DNA from: Vitrella brassicaformis CCMP3155
Lineage: Eukaryota > Protista > Chromerida
DNA: 37,791 nucleotides
Direction of reading: 5' to 3'
Assembly (NCBI GenBank): GCA_001179505.1
Contig: CDMY01000638.1
Location: forward strand, 1 to 37,791
Positions within the stretch are counted from its first letter, which is position 1. Every line of letters begins with the position of its first letter. Positions 20,030-32,866 of the stretch are shown here, one piece after another. The notes below the pieces were generated by a model. It searched no databases. It worked only from the letters and a program-made list of their open reading frames with translations, and was not told the DNA's origin. A program made the position numbers and the translations under genes.

Positions 20030-21620
20030 GCCTACACCCTTTCGTCTCCCATACGATCTGCGGCGACATCGCCATTGCCACCAGACTCAGAGCCTCCCTT
20101 TCCGGCAGCACACGTCGCTCGTATCCACATACTGCCGATGGCCGCGCATCCAGCAGCCGCCACAATCGCCGACACACGAAACCGGGTAGCTAAGGCGAGT
20201 CCCGCAATACCAGCACACTTGGTAGCCGCGCTGTGTCGAATAGCTGGGCCACGACGACAGGCAAGAGGCAGAATGCCGCACCAGAAGAGACGCCGTACAC
20301 GCGCAAACAAGACAAGCTGCCAGAGACGGCGGGCGATCGTCAGGGAGGCGATGTCAAGAGCCATCACAAGAAACCCAACCCACAAGACGCCGATGCGGCC
20401 GAACAGATCAGCGAGCTTGCCCACGATCACCCTGCCGACGGTAGATGCGATGCCGAACGCTGTCACAGTGAGAGCGGCTCGATCCGACGACAACCCGTTC
20501 TCTATGCCCCTGATAATCGCATCACAAGAACACATGTGGCGTCCTACGATAGTGCCGCTCTGCGCGTCGACTTACCAGTTGGGAAAATGAGCGAGGATGC
20601 CCAAGTAGGCGTACGCCCAACAAAAGTACCCAACCGATAGCAATACGAGCCAGGAGTCGCAGAAAGAGACCACTCGAACGCAGATGGTACCGTCCGGCGC
20701 ACCGAAGCCGGCTCTTTCCGCTCCGCATTGCAGGTGTGCCAGTCAGATGATGTCGGCAGCTTATTGGCTGGACTCCCTTCTTTGCCGTTCTCGGGTGCGA
20801 CAGCAACAACCAGACAGCCTCCTTTGTTGTCTGCTCTCCAGGAAGAGACGAGGAGCCCTTGGCCTCTGCTTTTGGGCGCCCTTGTAGATGTTGGTGGCTC
20901 TCACGTGGCCTGGACACGGAATGTTTCCTTCCAGCCGACATTGGTCAGGAGAGCGTCGAACAGCGGGGCAAATGCGAGAGTGCCGATGCCGCTCCCAGAT
21001 ATAGCCAGGCCTGCAGACGAGCACAGACGAGAAGAGGTTACAGTTGTGCGGTTGGTTGTCAGTCCGCTCACCGGTGGCAAACGCCATGTGCTTGTCGAAG
21101 TGGAGTGGGATGATGGTGATGGCAGCCATCCTCGCTCGGCCCCAGCCGAGTCTGCTGACGACGCCCCAGGCGAGACAAAGGTGCCATAAATCAGTGGCGA
21201 AGGAGCAGAGAAGCAGACCGGGGACGAGCACGCCGCCCCTAGAGCCATCCTGACCACAGAGACAACAGCGCCACCGTTGCCGCACTTGCCCAGTGAGTGT
21301 CACACTTCTCCCACTTCTGAGTCCGTATCTCCCGCACTAAGACGCCATTGGTGAAAGCAAACAGCAGGAAGCATGCTCCTGCCAAACAAACAACAGTGTG
21401 CGTGTTACTCACCCATGATCTATCCGGTGCTGGCCCGCTGAGTGCGTGTTGGTCGTGCAGACACGCACCGCCACCCAATCGACAGTCATGGGAGAGGCTC
21501 AGTCGATGATGCTGGCCGCGGGCGCTGCCACGTACCTGCGGCGAAGACCAGTGATAAGCGCCCGCGTCGCGCCGCAGGCCTCCTGAATCGCAGGAAAGAA
21601 CACGCCCTGAATCACACACA
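20030..21620 (-). pseudogene. MFS monocarboxylate-transporter (SLC16/MCT-like) gene with several frameshifts
   Basis: MCT-like segments: GLLLCSFATDLWHL..AWGVV, IIPLHFDKHMAFATGLAISGSGIGTLAFAPL, SVGYF, AFGIASTVGRVIVGKLAD, VYGVSSGAAFCLLPVVVAQLF. Keeping the homology needs frameshifts at about 20300 (FA/VYG) and about 20210 (PSVL/GIAG). The 5' exons are degenerate. Confidence 0.7.
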
Positions 21621-21933
21621 CACGCGACGTCAGCAGAAGCGCATCATCTCCCGTGGCATCACTCACAAATGTATTCCGAGAGCCAACCAGCCACGAACAA
21701 ACAAGAATCAGCCATCCTCGCCTCCAGACGTTTCTGTGTTCCTTGAATCGCGTTGCACGATCAACCCTAAGGCGAGAGACACGAACCGCGGGCTAGGATA
21801 GTTGCCCAGCAACCCGTGAATGTATCCGTCCAGAGTCGCTTGCCGCATTCAAACCAGGGATGAAGGCAACGATGACATGACGCGAGTCCACAGACATGAT
21901 GCGAGTGCAAGGTGAGCAGACGCTCCTCCTTCA

Positions 21934-24591
21934 ATGCCTGTCGGTCGTGTCAGTGCGTGGCTCACTGGCTAACGGTGACCAGCAGTGAAGCAGCGAGCAC
22001 AGCGCTGCAGCAGAGGCATGATGCACACCCAGGCAGCCATATACTCGTGTTCCGTTCCATACAGCAGCTGTTGAGTCTTCCTTCGCCCTCTGACTGCTTC
22101 TCTCTCTGTGTGTTGTGTGTTGCAGTTGAAGTGCTTTTCTCGGTGGAAGACCCCCGGGATGTCATTTTTGGTGCGTCGGGCACTGTCCGATGTGACCCAT
22201 CGACGAAGCGCGTGCGGGTCGATGACTGCATGGCGCTGCTCGAACAGGGACATAGACGCCTGCAGCACGGTGGGTGGGGTGGGGTGGGCAGAGGGGAGCA
22301 GATACCACACACACAGCTGGTTGTGGCGGGGAGGGCTCTTTCACTTGTCTGTTGTGTGTTCCGGCGTGTTTGCTTATCTTCTTTGCAGGCAAGTTTGATG
22401 TGTATTTGCCTGTGACGGATGGCGAGCTGCCGCAATACCTCAGCTCCCTGCCGTGTAAGTGGCTGTGGCTCATGGCTCATCAGTGCAGCACTGCAAGCAG
22501 AGGCAGATCGGTGTGCTGTCCTGTGTGTGCAGTGTCAAAGCAGATCCCCGAGCCAGATGGCCTCGACCGGTGGGTCGACGTGGAGGAGGACAAGAAGGGC
22601 CTCTTCCTGAGACTGCACTTGACGCAGGTGCGTTCACAACACACACTCACACACATTGCAATGTCAATCAGGCTGTTCACATCACATGTCCTTCCTCTTC
22701 TGCTCTGTGCAGCCTGAGCCGTCCGGCAACGGTTCATCGGACAAGAACGCCAGTGCGCCCAGCGTCAATGGCAACGGCAGCAGCGGCAGCCAGACGGGCG
22801 TCCAGAACCGCAACACCTCGGCATCCAGCACCACCGACCCCAGCGGCCCCACCAACGGCAGCGGGAGCATCATCGCCCCGCCCAAGAAGAAGGACCGATG
22901 CATAAGTACGGACACACACACACACACACTGCACACACCAAGGAGAGGCAGAGGGTCACATTTGGGGACTTCGTGTGTCTAATGTGTGTGTCAGCGTTGG
23001 GAGACTGGCGTCGAAAGATTCAGTTGGTTGAGGAGAAGCGCCAGACGGAGAAGGCGCGCATCACCGAGATATGCAAGTCAGTCGACTGGAGCCAACCCAG
23101 GTGAGTCAGCAAGCAATGAAGGAATGACTGCACCGACATGCATCCCACGCATCATGTGTGCCTGCGTGTTTCCCGTGTGTGTGCCTGCAGGCTGTCAGAT
23201 GCCGTCAAATACATGAATATGGCGCAGCGCTTCATCAATGACGTCAAGTGAGCACGCACAGACACACAAACGACCGCTGCCGCCCACCCGAATCTGTTTT
23301 ATGAGTTTTTTGCTTGTGTGTGTGCAGCCTGCCTGCTGAGCGCCGCGAGAACATCCGAAGCCTGCTGCAGAGCGACCAGACGCACATCCGCACGCTCAAG
23401 CGGGCTGTGGATGACGCCACGGCACTCCTGACGCAGCTGAATGGCACCGCACCCAAGCCCTCCCCGGCGCGGTCCCCCACCCCTTCGCAACACGGCCATC
23501 GAACACAGGCAAGCAGAAGGCGCACGGGACCGAATCTGCATCGTCATGTGTGTCCTCTGTCTGTCTGTCTGTCTGGGTGTATGTGTTTTCAGTCGATGCC
23601 TGCGTCGAGCGACCCGCCATCCTACTCGGTGCCGAGATCAGCATTCCACTCCGGTGAGCATCTCCACACCAGAGCAGCCTGCATGAATGGATGGAAATTC
23701 TTAAAAAAAGTGAATGCCGTCTCCCTCTTTCTCGTTGTGTCTTTCTCAGTTCCTTCCCGCGTTAGCCCCTTTGCGCCCGTGTACGAGCCACCACCACCCG
23801 CTCAATCATACGTCAACGGCGGATGGGGGGGCCATCCCCCCGTCGGCCGCTCTGTGGTGCCCCCCGCCTTTCTCCCGCCCTCGATGCATCAGCAGTCTTT
23901 CTTCCCCCCACACGCCCATCCACCACACGGATATTACCCGGCGTACGGCCCCCACTACGGCCACAACCATTTCGCGGCCGGCATTGCGGCGAGCGGGCCG
24001 TATGGCTACCCCCCACAGCACCATCACCGTGGCGTGGCTGCTGCCGGCATGAACATGCCCATCGAGGAGGGCCAGTCTTTCGGCTACTATGTGCCGGGTG
24101 GAGGTGCGATTGGCGTTGGGGGCCAGATGGTGATGCAGGGGCCGCCGATGGGGATGGAGGTGGTGGTGCCGATGGAGGACGACGAGCTGGCCAAGAAGGA
24201 CGCCAACGGCAACGGCAATGAGTCCAACATGACCAACAGCACCTACTGGCCGGGCACTCGCTCCAGCAACCCATCCAACGGCAACAGCAATGGCAACGGC
24301 AACAGCGACGAGAGCGGCTCGCAAGGCAACTCGGGAGGCTCCGAGCAGAAGGAGGGGTCCGAGGGAGACACCACCGGCAACGATGTGTCCAACCAGTCGG
24401 CCCCCAGCCACAGCCACACCCCCTCTCCCTACCACCCACACCCGCCCCCAGAGGCGCTAAGGGAACAGCAGGGCATGCAGGCCGGCCATCGCCCGAAACT
24501 CGCCATTCCGGAGCATCCCGTCTTGCAGGACGTCACTGTGGCTGCTGGGGCGGGTGGGGGCGGAGGGGGCTGGGCGCGAGGGAATTCCTGA
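21934..24591 (+). CDS. Multi-exon protein of unknown function with a globular N-terminus, coiled middle and Pro/His/Gly/Asn-rich low-complexity C-terminus
   Basis: Splices MPV|VEVLFSVEDPRDVIFG...LQH|GKFDVYLPVTDGELPQYL...|VSKQIPEPDGLDRWVDV...LHLTQ|PEPSGNGSS...|ALGDWRRKIQLVEEKRQ...|LSDAVKYMNM...|LPAERRENIRSLL... and ends in a GC3-rich low-complexity exon. Start and 3' splice details are tentative. Confidence 0.65.
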
Positions 24592-25500
24592 CGTAGTGTC
24601 CGTCTGCCTGCCTGGCTGTATGTCGAGAGCCGGCGGCCATTCTGGTGTCGTGTTGTTGGCTACTGCTAATGTTTGCGTGAACCGGACACGTCGGCGGCTT
24701 GTCGGTGTGTGTGGGGGTGCGGTGCTTTTTGCCTTTGTTTTTGTTCTTGTGCGTGGAATGGAATGGTGTGTACAGCGTACTGCACAGTAGAGGCAGTGGG
24801 GGGCAATTGCACGACCCGTCTTGACTTTCTTCACTGGGCGGCCCGACGCCGTCCTTCTGGTTGTTCCATGGGGCCCACCTGGTGCCCAACTGGCTAACTC
24901 CTGTGTGCATGGATACTGGCTCATTTGTTTGTAGCTTAAAGGTGTCATGTGCGTGTGCGTGAGCCCCACTCATGCGAGCGATTTGCCTCCATTAAGAGAC
25001 GGAGACTATGTGGGTGCCATCGATATCGACCAGTTGCGTATCCGTGTGTCTCTGTGGGTGTGTATCTGTAACAGGGATCGGGGGAGGAGAGAGCGGGTTT
25101 TAAGATCCTGCTGGCTACATATCCATCGGCGAAGTGTCCTCACTCTCTTCCTAGCCCCTCCTGGCTGGCTGGCTGGCTGTCTCGTCTCGTCTATGTCGGA
25201 CTGATGTGCAACACTCTCTCTCCGTCAGCGTCCGAGTGGCTACTGTCACGCAAACACACTGAGTGTCTGGTTGTCTCTCAGCCGGTGGTGGATGTGGGCG
25301 TTGCATGTTTGCGTGTGTGGATGGTGAACACTGACTGAATGCGTGCATGAGCCCTGACTAAAGGGTGGCCAAATCCAAGCACCACAACTTATGAACACTA
25401 GCCCACGCTAACCCACCCGTGTAACTTTCCATTGGCAAGCCGAGACACGCCCCCTGTCCGATAGCTTTGTGTGGCTGGTTCCCCACCACCAGCACACCTG

Positions 25501-28500
25501 ATGGACGTCAATCAGGTGAGCGTGCGACGCGGAGGGCTCACAAGGCAGGGCAGAGGGCGACACGCACATACAGGAGAGAACTCAGGCGGAGAAAGGCGCC
25601 TTCGCCGCTTTTTCGATTTCTCCTTTTTGACGCGCGGTTCTGTCTGCGTTCAGTCTGTTGCGAATGCCCGTGCTGTGAAGGACAGCCTGGCGCTGCTCCT
25701 CGACCAAGATCCCGCCACCATCGCCGCACAGGTGGGCAACACTCACTGGCTGAGAAACATTGCCGAGGAGCCGCTCACTGTGTCCTTGGTTGGTGCAGGC
25801 GTCGTCGCCCGAGGCATGGCTGGTGAATCATCAGCTGGGCTCGATAGCCCCACTGCTGAGCACCCTCACGAGCCGGCTTCAGCAGGGAGGGCCCAGCCCC
25901 ACGAGTACTGTAGCTGTAGATGCACACACGGCGACCACTGACGCCGCTGCTGCTGCATCGGGAGCGGCATACACAGAGCCACAGGTGAGGTGGAGTGGGT
26001 GGCCGTCCATAGCCATCTGTCCACGGATCCGCCCTCTGCGTTGTTGTGGCTGTCATGTTGTCTTGTTGCAGGCGCGTGTGGTGAGTGGTCCATCGTATCG
26101 TTTGGTTCATCAAAGCGGCAACCCTCCCCCCGTCAACCAAGGACCGGTAAGGACGACACCATGACAGATCTGATACACCGAACCATCTTGACCTTACTTT
26201 GATGTCATGTTTATTGTCACTTCAGGCCTGTCGTCGGCTGTCCCGTGACGAGTTGGCCAAAGTGTTCGGCCACCTGCAGCCCTGGGAGCTGACGCGCCAC
26301 CGCCGGCCCCTCGGCACGCCCCTCTTCCATCAGTCGGCCGCCAACTACACCCACCTGGTCATCGACTGTAAGGACGACACGGCGCGGCAGATGTGGGAGA
26401 CCATGCCGCTGGCCGTGGCACTCAGATGGGGCGAGAGGGCGACCAACGCCCGAGAGATCAAGCACCGCCACCCCAAGTGGCATGATCTATGGTGCCGCGG
26501 GACCTGGGTGGCCCTCGTGGAGGGTCATTCCAGCGGGCTGGCGGCCATCGCAGACAAGAAGAGACGGGAGAGGGAGGGAGGGGAGGGGACAGCTGACGCT
26601 GAGGCGCGAGACGATGACCGCAGGCGGTCGGCTGATGAGAGCACATTGGAGGTGTTGGCATTCGAGCAGGTCGAGCTCGACCGGAGCATCCGCATCCCCT
26701 ACCCTCCCCCCTCATGGGCTCTGCCCGCCGCCCCCTCCACCTCCGTCCGCCTGCCGGCACTCAAGACCGTCGACAACATCCCGAATCCCTTCCTGTCGGC
26801 TCGCGTGGGCCGCAAGTGGCGCACACCCGCCGTCAAGACGCTGATCACTGAAGGAGCGGAGGGCGGGAGGGAATGGGTGGAGGGCGCGAAGGCGTTGCAG
26901 GTGCTCGACCTTGCTCACGACTGGGACGCAGACGATGTGGCCGGTGTGCTGAGTGAGCTGCCCGCCGACGGGAAGTCACTGCAGTCGCTTCGCACACTGC
27001 GCGGCATCCGGCTGCTTGTTGGTACCCACGCCGACATCGACAGGCTGCGTGAGGTGCTGGTGGCGAGGGGCGTCAGGCAGTCCATTCGCGAGCTCGAGAT
27101 CGACATGAGGTGGATGCTGAGCATTGGTTGGACTGTGGAGCGGTGCCAGAGCGTCGCACAGCTCATGTAAGGACGCAAAGAGGGACAGAGAGAGAGAGAG
27201 AGAGAGAGGAGAGAGGAGAGGGGGGGGGGGGGGGGGGGGGNNNNNNNNNNNNNNNNNNNNNNNNNNNNNNNNNNNNNNNNNNNNNNNNNNNNNNNNNNNN
27301 NNNNNNNNNNNNNNNNNNNNNNNNNNNNNNNNNNNNNNNNNNNNNNNNNNNNNNNNNNNNNNNNNNNNNNNNNNNNNNNNNNNNNNNNNNNNNNNNNNNN
27401 NNNNNNNNNNNNNNNNNNNNNNNNNNNNNNNNNNNNNNNNNNNNNNNNNNNNNNNNNNNNNNNNNNNNNNNNNNNNNNNNNNNNNNNNNNNNNNNNNNNN
27501 NNNNNNNNNNNNNNNNNNNNNNNNNNNNNNNNNNNNNNNNAGGGGCTGCAGAGAGATGGTCCAATTCCTTCCTGCGCTTTGCCTTCGACCAGTGACGCCG
27601 TTGCGGATCCCGAAGCAGTGAAGAAGGGCGTCTTCAAGCTCAGCAACGACGGCACGCGTGGACGCATTGACGCGGAGCTCCTCTCGCTCAGCAGCAGCGG
27701 CCCCGCCGCCGCTGAGAAGCTCATTCGTGACTTCGCCAAGAAAGCCGGCAGCGTGACTTACAGCGGAGAGGACGAGGCCCATCCTGCAGCCATCACCGAC
27801 GACACATTCCCCGCCGCCCACACCCTGCAGCTGCTGGGTCATGCCCTCGCCGATGAGGCCAAGAAGAAGCGGGCAGTGGAGATCGCCTCTCACATGCCCA
27901 GCCTTTCGCGCATCGACGAAGGGAGTGCTGCTGATGACGGCGTGGTGTTGCATGCCCCCGTCCGTGACCTGTGGCGCTGGCTCGAGCGGCTGCACGTGGA
28001 GTTGGTCAGGAGGGGCAAGGAGAGGCGCCTTACCCTGGGCCTCGAGCTGAGTCCTTCCGCATTCCTCGAGCCCCTGAGCGACCAACAGAGTCCCTGCCTG
28101 TGGGGGTGGGACTCTCCTGACAAGCTGCCGCCGATCGAGACAGTGTACGTCAACATCGATGGTGAGCTCACCAACCATCGTATTGGGACGGCCATTGGCC
28201 ATGGCATTTGTGTATGCTGTATGTGTCTATTCGTTTCAGGCACTTCGTTGCCTGAAGACGATGATCGACATAGAGAGAATGCCAAGTTGAAGACATTCTA
28301 CCGGCATGTGATGGCAATGTTGACTTCATTCAACCAAAAGCTCAAGGTACGCCGCACACCACACCCTCACACAGGTAACTGTGTCTTTGACTTGTCGTGG
28401 CTGAATGAATGACAGGGCCACAAGAGGACTGAGGTGCGCAATATCAGCAGGGTCCTGGGGCCCGACTTTGAGCGGCGTTTCCTGGATCAGCAGGCCTCTC

Positions 28501-28598
28501 TCAACTTCAGCGGCGGAGCATACGAGTTTAGCATCGCTAACACTTCCCTGACTGTGGAGCGCCGTGATGCCGCTGGTCAATCCAATGGCTCTTCGTAG
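25501..28598 (+). CDS. F-box-like/LRR-like family, copy C (8 exons; intron 5 contains a gap)
   Basis: Same exon structure as copy A: ATGGACGTCAATCAG|gt at 25501, ACRRLSRDELAKVFGHL exon, DAVADPEAVKK exon after the gap, last exon GHKRTEV...SNGSS* with the stop at 28596-28598. Confidence 0.78.
27241..27540. other. Assembly gap (300 N) after a (GA)n/poly-G tract, inside intron 5 of copy C
   Basis: Run of N. The flanks match the two ends of the short orthologous intron in the other copies. Confidence 1.
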
Positions 28599-29091
28599 GT
28601 AAGAAAACGCGAATCTCACACACCAGCCGCCCAGCTGCCCGCCGAAGTGCCTGTCTGTCTGTCTGACTGAGGTCTGTCAGATTAAATATCGGGCACCACA
28701 GACAGGTGCTGCAGCTGGTAGCCACCAACCGATGGATGGATGCTGCGTGAGAAGGCTGCTGACGGCGTGGCGCGGCATCATCTGTATGTCCGTGTGGTGC
28801 ATAGGGGAGGCACTCACTCACGGCCGTCAGACACTGGATGGACAGCGGGTGTTGGTGTGTGCGCGGCCGTCATCTGTCTGATGGCTTCACGATGATGCTT
28901 TTCGTCGGTGTCTGCTTCGGCGGATTCGTATGCGAAACTATCCACTCATTCCACTCCCACTCGAGGCCAAACGCAAGCTCAAACAACACCCCTCCCGAGT
29001 TTCACTCATCCCAGCGGTCGACTGCTGCCGTCTTTGTTGCTTGATAGCTCTGTGTCTGGTTTTCCCTCGCCAGCACACGTCGCCGTCCGCC

Positions 29092-31817
29092 ATGGACGTC
29101 AATCAGGTGAGTTCGGACACTCGAGGGCTCAGAGGCTCAGAGGGCAGAGCAGAGGATGACACACGCACGAACAGAAGCACGCCACCATCCTCCGATTTCT
29201 CCTCTTTGATGTGTTCGGTTCTGTCTGCGTTCAGTTTGTTGCGAAGGCCCGTGCCGTGAAGGACAGCTTGGCGCTGCTCCTCGACCAAGATCCCGCCACC
29301 ATCGCCGCACAGGTCGGCAACACTCGCTGATGGAGAGGCCTGGATGACAGAGGGGCCGCCCACTGTGTCCTTGGTTGATGCAGGCGTCGTCGCCGGTGGG
29401 GTTGGCGTTGAGTTATCAGCTGGGTTCCGTGGCCTGCCTGCTGGATACTCTTCCCCTGAAGCTCCAGCAGAGAGAGCCCAGCCTCGCCAGTGCTGTAGCT
29501 GTAGATGCACACACCTCGACCACCGAGGTTGCCGCTGCATCGGGAGCGTCAGACACAGAGCCACAGGTGGGGTGAAGTGTGTGGCCGTCCATTGCCATAT
29601 GTGCATAGATCCGCCCTCTGGCTTGTTGTGGCTGTCATGTTGTCTTGTTGCATTGCAGGCGCCTGTGGTGAGTGGTCCATCGTATCGTCTGATCCATAGA
29701 AGCGGCAACCCTCCCCCCGTCAACCAAGGACCGGTAAGAACTGAGAACGACACCATGATACATCTAAACCATCTTGACCTTTGTGTCATGTTGGTTGTCA
29801 CATCAGGCCCGTCGTCGGCTGTCGCGTGACGTGTTGGCCAACGTGTTCGGCCACCTGCAGCCTTGGGAGCTCACCCGCTACCGCCGGCCCCTCGGCACGC
29901 CCCTCTTCCATCAGTCGGCCGCCAACTACACCAAACTGGTCATCGACTGTGAGGACGACACGGCGCGGCAGATGTGGGAGACCATGCCCCTGGCCGTGGC
30001 ACACAGATGGGGCAAGAGGGCGACCAACGTGCGAGAGATCAAGCACCGCCACCCCGAGTGGCGAGGCGAATGGTGCCGCGGCACCTGGGTGGCCCTCGTG
30101 GAGGGTCATGGGAGTGGCCGGGCGGTCATCGCAGACAAGAAGCGACGGGAGAGGGAGGGCGGGGAGGGCACAGCTGACGCTGCGGCGATGCGAGACGGTG
30201 ACGACCCCAGATCGGCTGACGAGGGCACATTGGAGGTGTTGCCATTCGAGGAGGTCAAGCTCGACAAAAGCGTTGACATCATCGACCCTCGCCCCTCATA
30301 TCGTCTGCCCCCCGCCCCCGCCGGCCCCATCCACCTGCCGGCACTCAAGACGGTCGACAACATTAGCAGCGAGTGCCTGTATGCTCGCGTGGGTCGCCAG
30401 TGGCGGACGCCCGCTGTCAAGACGCTCACCATTCGAGGCGATTTGCATGAGTCAGAGGTGGAGGGTGCGAGGGCGTGGCTGGGTGACTGTGAGGCGATCG
30501 AGGTGCTGGACGCAGACGAGGTGGCCGGTGTGCCAGCCAGTGTGCTGAGTGCGCTGCCCGCCGACGGGAAGTCGCTCGCGGCGCTTCGCACACTGCGCGG
30601 CATCCGGCTGCTTGTTGGTACCCCCGCCGAGATCGACAGGCTACGTGAGGTGCTGGTGGCGAGGGGCGTTCGGCGGTCCATTCGCGAGCTCAAGATCGTG
30701 TGGAACACACTGAGCAACACAGACGAGGACTGGGAGAGACTGCAGAAGACCGCACAGCTCGTGTAAGGACACATCAGAAGGGAAAGGGGTCAAGCCTAGA
30801 TGCGCTGCGTCTTTTGGTGGTGCATTTCTGCAGTGACGCCGTCGCGCATCCCGAGGCGTTGTCGGGCCGCGTCGTGCGCAAGAGCTGGGGGTGTGGACAC
30901 ATCGACGCCGAGTTCCTCTCGCGCACCAGCAGCGCCGGCAGTCCCACCATGCAGAGGATCGTCGATGAATTCGCCAAGACAGCCGACACCGTGAAATACA
31001 AGGGAGGCGACGAGCCCGTCCCTGCAGCCATCACCGACGACACATTCCCCGCCGCCCACACCCTGCAGCTGCTTGGCGGTGCCCTTGCCGATGACGCCAA
31101 GGAAGAGCGAGCGATCGAGATCGCCTCCCACATGCCCAGCCTTGCGCGCATCGATGTAGGAGACGCAATCTACGGAGCGCATCTGGACGCGCCCGCTGAT
31201 GAGGTGTGGGTGTTCCTCGAGAGGCTACAGACGGCGCTGGTCAGCAGGGAGCGGGAGAAGAGCCTTTCGGTGGGTCTCGGTCTGCCGGCGAGTGCATTCC
31301 TCGAGCCCCTGAGCGACCAAGAGAGTCCCTGTCTGTGGGGGCGGGACAGCAATGACAAGCTGCCGCCGATCAAGGACGTGGCGATCAACGTGTTTGGTGA
31401 GGGGAGATAGGAGGAAATGGACAACCAGTACGCATGGCGTCTCAGTGTATTGTGTCTGTGTTCATGTGCTTCAGACGATGTAGCGGATGCAGGCGACCTG
31501 GAGACCTTCTACCAGCACGCGATGGCCTCGGTGGCGTCATTCAGCAACGAGCTCAAGGTGGGCCTCACACAACCCACACACAGATGATTCACTGCCGGGC
31601 GATATGTGTGTGCCCACTGTCATGTTGGCTGAATGAATGACAGGGTCACAAGAGGACCGGAGTATACTTTCACGAAAGTACTGATCTGTGCCAGGACTTC
31701 GAGCGGCGTTTTGTGGCTGAGCAGGGCGGCCTCAACTTCGCTGGCGGGCCGTACAAGTTCAGCTTCGTTGATGACACTTTCTCAGCGCCTCACCTGTTGG
31801 TCGAGCGCCGCACGTGA
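29092..31817 (+). CDS. F-box-like/LRR-like family, copy D (8 exons)
   Basis: ATGGACGTCAATCAG|gt at 29092, exons collinear with A and C, last exon GHKRTGVYF...LLVERRT* with the stop at 31815-31817. Confidence 0.8.
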
Positions 31818-31989
31818 CCCTCTAGGTGAGGACACCGAAGGAGATTGGCAAGAGGGCGGTCAGCCCCTGTCTGTCTCCCTCCCTCCCTATGTGTGTTGTC
31901 AGATCTGACGGCAGCTGTGGGTGCTGGCCTGGAGGGGGAGATGCTGCACGAGGGAGCAGCTGGTAGCGGGGTGTACAGATGGAGGATAG

Positions 31990-32058
31990 ACAGACCGACC
32001 AACAGACACACAGACAGACAGACACACAGACAGACAGACAGACAGACAGACAGATAGA
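31990..32058. repeat. (GACA)n/(CA)n microsatellite
   Basis: Visible gacagacagacacacagacagac... run. Confidence 0.85.
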
Positions 32059-32866
32059 CAGCATAGCTGGACCGAGGGGGCAGGGCCCCTCGGTCCAGCT
32101 ATGCTGTCATGGGCGGGCCGGGCGGTGGCAGCTGCTTATGGATGGGTAGAGAGACGTTCCTCCCTCATTCATTCATCCATCCACGCTGGTTGGTGTGCGT
32201 GGGCAACTGCAGTGGAATGGATGTGTGCGTCAGTGCGGATCGGTCCCACTGCCTGCCTGCCTGGGTGGGTGGGTGAAGTGTTCTTTTCTCGCTTGCTGGC
32301 TCCCTCCTGTCTGCATGGCTTTTGCGTTGTCTGTCTCATGGTATCTCAGCGGCGGCTGTCACGCACCAGTGTCGGGTGTCATTGTGTGACTATCTGGTGA
32401 CCGGTTGGATACGGGTGCTGCATTCCTACATGATGAACACTGGCTGAATTCATGAGCCCTGACGTGTTCACACACACACACACACACACAAAGTCGACAA
32501 TTGGACACTAACCCACCACCGTATAACTTCCCATTTGCTGAGGAGAATGGCGTGTGCGAGGATTTAGACTCATTCCGATTCATCGCAGGGAGTGATTGCT
32601 GCCGCTTTTGCTGTCTGATAGCTTTGTGGCTGGTTCCCCACCACCAGCACGCCTGATGGACGTCAATCAGGTGAATGTGCGGACGCGGGAGGGCTCACAA
32701 GGGCTCACAAGACAGAGGATGACAGACGAGCACAGCAGAGAGAATGCAGGCAGAGAAAGCCGCCTTTGCCATGCTTTCGACCACTCTGATCTGCTGTTCT
32801 GGCATGGTTGCAGGGGGTCTCTTACGGTTCGTCGCGGCTTGTTCTTAGCAGCATAAGAGCGGCGCC

